The notes under the pieces: model-generated
What the model was told of the DNA's origin: nothing
Databases searched by the model: none
What the model saw: only the letters and a program-made list of their open reading frames with translations
Part shown: positions 56,991-64,000 of the stretch, piece by piece
How the letters are laid out: each line of letters begins with the position of its first letter
Position numbering within the stretch: the first letter of the stretch is position 1
Assembly (NCBI GenBank): GCA_042568575.1
Contig: JBHPIO010000002.1
Location: forward strand, 65,447-129,446
Length of the DNA: 64,000 nt
Reading direction: 5' to 3'
DNA from: Patescibacteria group bacterium
Lineage (GTDB): Bacteria > Patescibacteriota > Gracilibacteria > UBA1369 > PNNO01
Position numbers and translations under genes: made by a program

Positions 56991-57008
56991 GACTAAAATT
57001 ACATTAAA

Positions 57009-57041
57009 TTAAAAAAAGCCCCATTTTTATGTGAGGCTTTT
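57009..57041 (-). terminator. Rho-independent terminator
   Basis: Minus strand aaagcctcac...tggggcttttttt. Confidence 0.75.
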
Positions 57042-57066
57042 CGATTTGCTTATATTTTGCGGATTT

Positions 57067-57867
57067 TTATCCGATTTTTTTCAAAATGTCACTCTTGGTT
57101 TTTTTTCTGCGTGAAGCCGATGAAATTTTTGGCCAAGCAGTTGTTCCGTTGAATTGGATAGAAAAGCTAACTCTGCTTCCTGACAGAGATACTGCTACAT
57201 TAACTCCATATTTGTTTAATGTTGCGTTAAGCTTGGCTTGAATGGATGAGGCATCTTCTTTGCTATGAATCATAGCTCTAGACAATCTTCCACTAACAAT
57301 TCCTTGATAGAAATTTTGAGCAGTACGTGATTTCTTGTCTGCTTCTCTTTGAGATGAGGCACTAAATCCGGTTTCTTTGAATTTTCCTGAAGGTGCACTG
57401 CTTGCTGTTGAGCTTGCAGTCCTTTTTGCAGCAGTTCGTTCTCTTTTAATAGCGGCCATAACCGCACTACGATTTTTTCTTGTACTTAGAAATGTATGTA
57501 TTTCTTTTGCAACTTTTGAAGGGTTAACTTTTTTATTACCCATATAGTAAGCGGAAACTTTTGCTGTTCCCATCAAATTATCTTCTAGTTTATGTTGCAA
57601 TTTGGCAGTTTTAAGCCAGGCCTTAATCATTGCCTGCTGTTTTGCAGGATTTGATTTCACTCTGCTAAATTTGCTGCTACTCATTCCATTTTTACCCCCC
57701 ATAATGTCTTTAATAAGACTTACAGCAAGTGGCATCATTTTATCTTTTGGAACTTCAGCGCTTTTACTTAGCCCCGTTGGGTTGTCAGGATTACCGTTTA
57801 TAAGACGTGCTTCACGGAATGTTACGCTTGAAACGTTAAGTCCAAATAACGAATGTAATTTTTTCAT
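57067..57867 (-). CDS. Basic K/S/A-rich hypothetical protein
   Basis: 266 aa ORF followed by a terminator. Confidence 0.7.
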   Translation of the reverse strand: MKKLHSLFGLNVSSVTFREARLINGNPDNPTGLSKSAEVPKDKMMPLAVSLIKDIMGGKNGMSSSKFSRVKSNPAKQQAMIKAWLKTAKLQHKLEDNLMGTAKVSAYYMGNKKVNPSKVAKEIHTFLSTRKNRSAVMAAIKRERTAAKRTASSTASSAPSGKFKETGFSASSQREADKKSRTAQNFYQGIVSGRLSRAMIHSKEDASSIQAKLNATLNKYGVNVAVSLSGSRVSFSIQFNGTTAWPKISSASRRKKTKSDILKKIG

Positions 57868-57937
57868 TTTGGTTTTTGTTAATTTTGCATTATCTTATTA
57901 TACCGTAACTAGCCTTTAATTTCAACCATTTAGAGCC

Positions 57938-58636
57938 ATGTTGATTACAGTTAAGAAGTTGTTTGTAAGCGGATTATTAGTATTTTTCCTGATTTTGGTG
58001 GTGCTTGCCTCAATTCTTGTTCACGTTCACAATTCAACAGACAAGTTGATATTTGATTTTACGTTTAATGAAGAGGATCAAGCGGCGATTCCAGAAAAGC
58101 CAGTTGCGATCGTTTTTGGCGCACATGTAACTCCGCACAATATGCTTCCGAGCGATGTTCTTGCTTATCGGATTATTTCAGCGGTCAATCTTTATCAGGC
58201 AGGGAAGGTTAAAAAGATCATTATGTCGGGCGATAATCGTACATCTCATTATAATGAGCCAGAAGTAATGATGAAATATGCTGTTAGGCATGGTGTCCCG
58301 GAAGAAGATATTGTTATGGACTTTGCTGGCCGTCGAACATACGATACGTGCTATCGGGCAAAGAATATTTTTCAGATAGATGAAGCTTTCTTAGTCACCC
58401 AACGCTATCATTTATATAGGGCTTTATACACGTGCAATGCTTTGGGGGTAAATTCTATTGGTATGAATGCGGATAATGAACCACTCCGAGCTCAAACTTT
58501 TTACAATATACGCGAAATACCTGCCACGCTGTTAGCTGTATGGCAGGTACATATAAGTCGTCCTGAAGCTCAAGTTATGGGAGGAATCGAGGAAGTCTTT
58601 CCTGATACTACTTCCCAGGACTTACAAGCATCTTGA
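57938..58636 (+). CDS. SanA/YdcF (DUF218) family protein
   Basis: N-terminal TM; [33 protein letters not shown]. Confidence 0.9.
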   Translation: MLITVKKLFVSGLLVFFLILVVLASILVHVHNSTDKLIFDFTFNEEDQAAIPEKPVAIVFGAHVTPHNMLPSDVLAYRIISAVNLYQAGKVKKIIMSGDNRTSHYNEPEVMMKYAVRHGVPEEDIVMDFAGRRTYDTCYRAKNIFQIDEAFLVTQRYHLYRALYTCNALGVNSIGMNADNEPLRAQTFYNIREIPATLLAVWQVHISRPEAQVMGGIEEVFPDTTSQDLQAS

Positions 58637-58937
58637 TTTCGATATCAACACCAGCCGGTAGAGGCAGGTTTGATAGTGATTCAATAGTTTTTGGCGTGCT
58701 TTCCGTGATATCAATAAGTCTTTTGTGAGTTCTGATTTCAAATTGTTCACGCGCAGTTTTGTGTACAAATGTAGATTTATTTACAGTGTACTTCTCAATT
58801 TTTGTAGGGAGGGGGATCGGCCCGTTAATAATCGCACCTGTTTTGATAGCAGTGTCGATTATTAGTTTTGCGCTATCATCGATAACTTTATGATCGTATG
58901 CACGCAGTTTGATTCTAATCTTTTGTTTAGCAGCCAT
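58608..58937 (-). CDS. rpsJ: 30S ribosomal protein S10
   Basis: [29 protein letters not shown]. Confidence 0.98.
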   Translation of the reverse strand: MAAKQKIRIKLRAYDHKVIDDSAKLIIDTAIKTGAIINGPIPLPTKIEKYTVNKSTFVHKTAREQFEIRTHKRLIDITESTPKTIESLSNLPLPAGVDIEIKMLVSPGK

Positions 58938-59107
58938 GTAATTCGAGAGTTAAAAAATACCGGGAATTTGGTTCCCGGTTCTAAAGTTAGAACTTGTTTG
59001 AATATAAACCGGGATTTTCCGCCCATGAGGGCGAAGAAAGTCTTAAAAGCAAGACTTAACGTTTTGTTGCTACCCCATTTTAGGGATCCGGGGATGAAAG
59101 TCAAGTT

Positions 59108-59467
59108 TTATTTCTTTTTTTCCTTCTCTGATTTCTTTTTAATCTCCTGTTTTTCTTTATAACTATTCCCAGGCTTGCTTTTATTTATGCAGCTTTGATA
59201 GTTGAACAGCAGTCCTTTAGGTAAATTCTGCACCTTTTTATCCTGTTGTTTTTCGAACGCGTTGATTATTCCTTTGCAGTCCATTTTGTCGTAATCTGAT
59301 CCTTCAAGTTCTCTTGGCTGTTTTTCTTCCACGGAATTATTGCCATTTTTTTCTTGCGGAACAGGCTTTGTTTCATCCTTTTTAAAAGAGGTTAAAGCAA
59401 AGAATGCTGAGAATGATAGTATGCTCAAAATAAGCGCGCTCCATTTTATTACTTTGAGAAGTTTCAT
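59108..59467 (-). CDS. Hypothetical secreted/membrane-anchored protein
   Basis: N-terminal hydrophobic segment, 2 Cys, K/E-rich. Confidence 0.6.
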   Translation of the reverse strand: MKLLKVIKWSALILSILSFSAFFALTSFKKDETKPVPQEKNGNNSVEEKQPRELEGSDYDKMDCKGIINAFEKQQDKKVQNLPKGLLFNYQSCINKSKPGNSYKEKQEIKKKSEKEKKK

Positions 59468-59544
59468 GAAAATTTTACTAATCCAATGACTTACAAGTTT
59501 AATGAAAGTGCATGAAATATCAACAGTCTTTTTAGAAATAATTT

Positions 59545-59578
59545 AAAAAAAAGCCCCACCGGTTAAGGTGAGGCTTTT
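59545..59578 (-). terminator. Rho-independent terminator after tuf
   Basis: Minus strand aaagcctcacc...ggtggggcttttttt. Confidence 0.85.
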
Positions 59579-59594
59579 CGACTAGGACTTTCTG

Positions 59595-60788
59595 TTAATC
59601 CATAATTTTTGCTACAACCCCAGCTCCAACTGTTCGTCCACCTTCACGAATCGCAAATCTTTGACCTTCGTCCATCGCAATAGGTGTTCCAAGTTCAACT
59701 TTCATGTTTACTTTATCACCAGGCATAACCATTTCAACTTCTGCAGGTAGTTCGATCGAACCAGTTACATCAGTTGTTCGGATATAGAACTGTGGTTTGT
59801 AACCTTTAAAGAATGGTGTGTGTCGTCCACCTTCTTCTTTAGTTAGGATATAAACTTCAGCTTCGAATTTAGTGTGAGGTTTAATAGTTCCTGGTTTTGC
59901 AAGTACTTGTCCACGTTCGATTTCTTCTCTTTCAATACCACGTAGAAGGATACCAGCGTTATCACCAGCACGACCTTCGTCAAGAAGTTTTTTGAACATC
60001 TCAATTCCAGTAACTACTACTTTTCGAGTGTCTTTAATACCAACGATTTCAATTTCGTCATTAACTTTTACGATACCAGTATCAATTTTACCTGTAGCAA
60101 CAGTTCCTCTACCTTTAATAGAGAATACGTCTTCTACTGGCATTAGGAAATCTTTATCAATTTCACGTTTTGGTTCTGGAATATATGAATCAAGAGTTTC
60201 AAGAAGTTTCACAATTGGTTCTGCATCTGGTCCTGTAGGGTTTTCAAGAGCTTTAAGAGCAGATCCTCTAATAATTGGTACTTCATCTCCAGGGAATTCG
60301 TATTTAGTAAGTAGTTCTCGAACTTCCATTTCAGCAAGTTCAGCAACTTCTGGATCAGCTTGATCCATTTTGTTAAGGAAAACTACGATAGAAGGTACAT
60401 TTACCTGACGAGCAAGTAGGATATGCTCACGAGTTTGTGGCATTGGTCCATCAGCAGCAGATACAACAAGAATTGCTCCATCCATTTGAGCTGCTCCAGT
60501 AATCATGTTTTTTACGTAGTCGGCATGTCCAGGACAATCAACGTGGGCGTAGTGACGCTTATCAGTTGTGTATTCCTGATGTGAGGTAGCAATAGTAATA
60601 CCTCTTTCCCGTTCTTCAGGTGCATTATCGATTTGATCGAATGCTACTGCAGAATTGCTTTCTGGGAATTTAGCAGAAGCTACAGCTGTAATAGCAGCTG
60701 TAAGAGTTGTTTTACCATGGTCTACGTGTCCAATGGTCCCAACATTCACATGTGGCTTACTGCGGTCAAATTTTACTTGATCAGCCAT
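59595..60788 (-). CDS. tuf: Elongation factor Tu
   Basis: [30 protein letters not shown]. Confidence 0.99.
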   Translation of the reverse strand: MADQVKFDRSKPHVNVGTIGHVDHGKTTLTAAITAVASAKFPESNSAVAFDQIDNAPEERERGITIATSHQEYTTDKRHYAHVDCPGHADYVKNMITGAAQMDGAILVVSAADGPMPQTREHILLARQVNVPSIVVFLNKMDQADPEVAELAEMEVRELLTKYEFPGDEVPIIRGSALKALENPTGPDAEPIVKLLETLDSYIPEPKREIDKDFLMPVEDVFSIKGRGTVATGKIDTGIVKVNDEIEIVGIKDTRKVVVTGIEMFKKLLDEGRAGDNAGILLRGIEREEIERGQVLAKPGTIKPHTKFEAEVYILTKEEGGRHTPFFKGYKPQFYIRTTDVTGSIELPAEVEMVMPGDKVNMKVELGTPIAMDEGQRFAIREGGRTVGAGVVAKIMD

Positions 60789-60879
60789 TTTATAGGATTG
60801 TTAATGGTTATATGTATAGCTTGGGACGTTAATCTCAAGCGCTAAATGATTTTAGCTAACTTGCATTTCAAATGCAAGG

Positions 60880-62955
60880 TTATTTTCCTCCAGCTCTTTC
60901 TGCCACAACTTTCTCTTCAACATTCTTTGGAACTTTTGCATAATGACCAAATTCCATTGTTGAAGTCGCTCTACCTTGTGTCATTGAACGTAGGTCTGTT
61001 GTGTATCCGAACATTGAACTTAGTGGAACTTCCGCTTTAATAAATTTAACAGGGCCCCTATCGCCAGATTCGCTGATTTGACCACGCCTTGAGCTTAAGT
61101 TACCCATTACGTCTCCAAAATATTCTTCAGGAGTTACTACTTCAACTTTCATGATAGGCTCTAGCAATACTGGATTAGCTTTTTTAGCAGCATTTTGGAA
61201 TGCGATAGATCCAGCAATTTTAAATGCCAATTCAGATGAATCCACATCATGGTACGAACCATCATAAAGTTCAACTTTAAGATCTACCATTGGATATCCT
61301 GCGATTACACCTCGAGTCATTGCTTCTTGGATACCTTTGTTTACCGGTTGAATGTATTCTTTTGGAATCTTCCCTCCAGTAATCTTATCAATAAATTCAT
61401 AACCTTTACCTGGTTCTTGTGGACCAACTTTAATATGTACATGACCAAATTGACCACGACCACCAGACTGTTTTGCATATTTTTCTTCCATTGTAACTTC
61501 GTCTTGAATTGTTTCTCTGTAAGCAACCTGAGGTTTACCAACATTCGCTTCAACTTTGAACTCTCTCTTAAGACGATCAACCAATACTTCTAGGTGAAGC
61601 TCACCCATTCCCGAAATAATTGTTTGAGCAGTCTCTTCATCAGTATAAGTTTGGAAGGTTGGATCTTCTTCAGCAAGTTTTTGAAGAGAAAGACCTAGTT
61701 TTTCTTGATCTGATTTAGTCTTTGGCTCGATAGCAATCGAAATAACCGGTTCTGGAAATTCGATTGATTCAAGAATAATTGGGTTTGAATCCACACATAA
61801 AGTGTTCCCGGTCATTGTATTTTTAAGACCTACAGTTGCTGCAATGTCTCCGGCTTGAACTTCTTTGATTTCTTCACGAGAGTTCGCATGCATCTGCAAG
61901 ATACGTCCGATTCTTTCTTTCTGACCTGTACTTGCATTGTAAGCATAAGATCCAGCTTCTAATTTTCCAGAATAAACTCTGAAGAAGCATAATTTTCCTA
62001 CAAATGGATCAGTAGCGATTTTAAATGCAAGTGCAGCAAATGGTTTGCTTGCATCGGCTTCACGAACTTCTTCTTGTTCAGTTTTTGGATTAATACCTTT
62101 AATTGGTGGGATATCTAACGGTGAAGGAAGATACCATTGAACTGCATCAAGCATAAGCTGTACTCCAATATTTTGAAGCGCAGTTCCACATAGAACAGGA
62201 TAAATCTGGTTTGCAATTGTTCCTTTTCGGATCGCTTTCTTAATTTCATCAACTGTTACTTCTTGTCCTTCCAAGTATTTTTCCATCATGTCGTCGTCAC
62301 ATTCAGCTACTTTTTCTAGCATTGTTTCTCTATACTGAGCTACCTTGTCTTTCATATCTTCAGGAATGTCTATTTCAACTATTTCTTGACCAAATTCACC
62401 TTCAAATTTATAAGCTTTTTGTTCTAGTAGATCGATAACACCAGAGAAAGTTCCTTCAGCTCCAATTGGAAGTTGAATTGCAACTGCTTTGCCACTTAAT
62501 CTGTCATGAATTGAGTTGATCGACATGTAGAAGTCAGCTCCCATTTTATCCATCTTATTAATGAAAGCCATTCTTGGCACTTCATATTTGTCAGCTTGTC
62601 TCCACACTGTTTCAGATTGAGGTTCCACACCTTGTGATCCATCAAATACAACAACACCACCATCAAGTACACGGAGTGATCGTTCTACCTCAGCAGTAAA
62701 GTCAACGTGACCAGGAGTATCAATAATATTAATTCGGATATCTTTCCAGTGACAAGTTGTAGCTGCGGAAGTGATTGTAATTCCACGCTCTTTTTCCTGT
62801 TCCATCCAGTCCATGTCAGCTGCACCATCATGCGTTTCGCCGATTTTATGTTTCTTACCTGTATAGAATAAGATGCGTTCTGTAAAAGTCGTTTTTCCCG
62901 CATCAATGTGCGCGATAATTCCGATGTTCCGGAGCTTTGTAAGGTCTTCACTCAT
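60880..62955 (-). CDS. fusA: Elongation factor G
   Basis: [31 protein letters not shown]. Confidence 0.99.
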   Translation of the reverse strand: MSEDLTKLRNIGIIAHIDAGKTTFTERILFYTGKKHKIGETHDGAADMDWMEQEKERGITITSAATTCHWKDIRINIIDTPGHVDFTAEVERSLRVLDGGVVVFDGSQGVEPQSETVWRQADKYEVPRMAFINKMDKMGADFYMSINSIHDRLSGKAVAIQLPIGAEGTFSGVIDLLEQKAYKFEGEFGQEIVEIDIPEDMKDKVAQYRETMLEKVAECDDDMMEKYLEGQEVTVDEIKKAIRKGTIANQIYPVLCGTALQNIGVQLMLDAVQWYLPSPLDIPPIKGINPKTEQEEVREADASKPFAALAFKIATDPFVGKLCFFRVYSGKLEAGSYAYNASTGQKERIGRILQMHANSREEIKEVQAGDIAATVGLKNTMTGNTLCVDSNPIILESIEFPEPVISIAIEPKTKSDQEKLGLSLQKLAEEDPTFQTYTDEETAQTIISGMGELHLEVLVDRLKREFKVEANVGKPQVAYRETIQDEVTMEEKYAKQSGGRGQFGHVHIKVGPQEPGKGYEFIDKITGGKIPKEYIQPVNKGIQEAMTRGVIAGYPMVDLKVELYDGSYHDVDSSELAFKIAGSIAFQNAAKKANPVLLEPIMKVEVVTPEEYFGDVMGNLSSRRGQISESGDRGPVKFIKAEVPLSSMFGYTTDLRSMTQGRATSTMEFGHYAKVPKNVEEKVVAERAGGK

Positions 62956-63137
62956 GCTAGTTACGTTTATCTAATTAATAAAAAAAGCGTCTTTTAGAAA
63001 AGCGCCAGGGATATTATATGTATTTAGAGAGGGAAGTCAATGGATTTGCTTATCAATATTGACCACTGCCTTGTTTTGCAGTATAATAAATTTAGGACTG
63101 GGGCACGTCTGTTGTCAACAGTCTTAATTTTCGTAAT

Positions 63138-63518
63138 ATGAAAAATGGAGATATCACAGTCCTTGTAATAGAGGATGACGAACAGCTTCAGTTTGCTTAT
63201 AAAGCTGGGTTCGAAGCATTTGGTTTAAATGTGCTGCAGGCATTTAATGCAAAGCAGACAATGGAAATTCTGAAAGTTTCAAAACCAAATGTGATTCTTA
63301 TGGATGTTTTGATGCCGGAAATTAACGGCAAGGAACTTTTGGCAAAGCTAAAGAAAATGCCAAAAGTTAAGTCTATTCCTGTGCTTATTACTTCCAATTC
63401 TGTTAAGGAGGAAGACATCAAAGAAACGAAGGCGCTTGGAGCTGATGAATACATTGTTAAGTCTAATATAAGTATTGAAGACTTGATCAATAAGGTTAAG
63501 AAATTCGCAAGCAAATAA
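63138..63518 (+). CDS. Single-domain response regulator (CheY-like)
   Basis: VIEDD, ILMDVLMPEING, YIVK; TTGACC-17-TATAAT at 63059-63087. Confidence 0.92.
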   Translation: MKNGDITVLVIEDDEQLQFAYKAGFEAFGLNVLQAFNAKQTMEILKVSKPNVILMDVLMPEINGKELLAKLKKMPKVKSIPVLITSNSVKEEDIKETKALGADEYIVKSNISIEDLINKVKKFASK

Positions 63519-63523
63519 GTGTC

Positions 63524-64000
63524 TTATTTTGCTAACGGAAGTTCTATATAGAATTTTGTTCCTTTGTTGAGTTTGCTTTCACACCATATTTTCCCCTTTG
63601 AAGATTCAACAATAATTTTTGCCAGGTATAAGCTAAGTCCAATACCTTCTGTGTTGCAAACGTTAGCGTTTTCTCCGCGCATAAATTTAAGGTAAATTAT
63701 TTTCAAATCATTTTTTGAGATTCCAATCCCAGTATCCTCAAAAGAACAAACAACTCTGGTTTTTTTCTTTTTGATATCTACTTTAATGCTTCCGCCTTTT
63801 TTGTTGTAACGAACTGCGTTGTCGAACACAACATCAAAGACTTCTTGTGTTTTTTTAGAATCCACGTGCATTTTGAGAGTTTTCTTCTTTAATGAAGGAA
63901 CTTTTACTTTAAGCTTCTTTTCTTTTATTTCGATTTGCTTGCTCTGTATGGTTTTCTCCAAAATTTCTTCAAGGAAAATATCTTCTTCGGATAGGCTTAT
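63524..64000 (-). CDS. Sensor histidine kinase, C-terminal HATPase_c domain (partial, starts beyond window)
   Basis: DNAVRY, DTGIGI, GIGLSL, GTKFYIELP; frame open to the window edge. Confidence 0.9.
   Translation of the reverse strand: MSLSEEDIFLEEILEKTIQSKQIEIKEKKLKVKVPSLKKKTLKMHVDSKKTQEVFDVVFDNAVRYNKKGGSIKVDIKKKKTRVVCSFEDTGIGISKNDLKIIYLKFMRGENANVCNTEGIGLSLYLAKIIVESSKGKIWCESKLNKGTKFYIELPLAK

Noticed and set aside
37500-62955. Numerous 60-120 aa antisense ORFs over ATPase, ribosomal, tuf and fusA genes
   Set aside because: Shadow ORFs caused by codon bias of highly conserved genes on the opposite strand.

Overview
AT-rich bacterial chromosome segment using genetic code 11, most likely a CPR/Patescibacteria organism and probably Peregrinibacteria-like (inferred from the missing rpmD/L30 in the spc cluster, TGA used as stop, and de novo pyrimidine genes). 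Layout: (1) 1-6010 is an integron-like platform. A 273-aa tyrosine recombinase that lacks the IntI-specific insertion is divergent from an attI-like site and at least 8 complete single-gene cassettes, and the array runs off the left edge. Cassettes are separated by 8 related 101-148 bp foldable sites with a non-canonical geometry. Every cassette is bracketed by its own ~20 bp terminal inverted repeat. Cargo includes an AAC(6')-I-like acetyltransferase. (2) A complete V/A-type ATPase operon whose c subunit has a Na+-binding signature. (3) A DinG-exonuclease gene, then a ~430 nt promoter-to-terminator structured non-coding unit that I cannot assign. (4) carA and a pyrBC-DKEF cluster, interrupted by a ~1 kb island of seven tiny, mostly SD-led membrane ORFs. 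(5) A glycoside hydrolase, rsmA, a P-type ATPase, trmD and an SLH gene that splits a bipartite dispersed repeat. (6) The ribosomal alpha/spc/S10 clusters with orphan insertions, tuf, fusA and two-component genes. The best novelty candidates are the non-canonical integron-like system, the unassigned ncRNA and the microprotein array.
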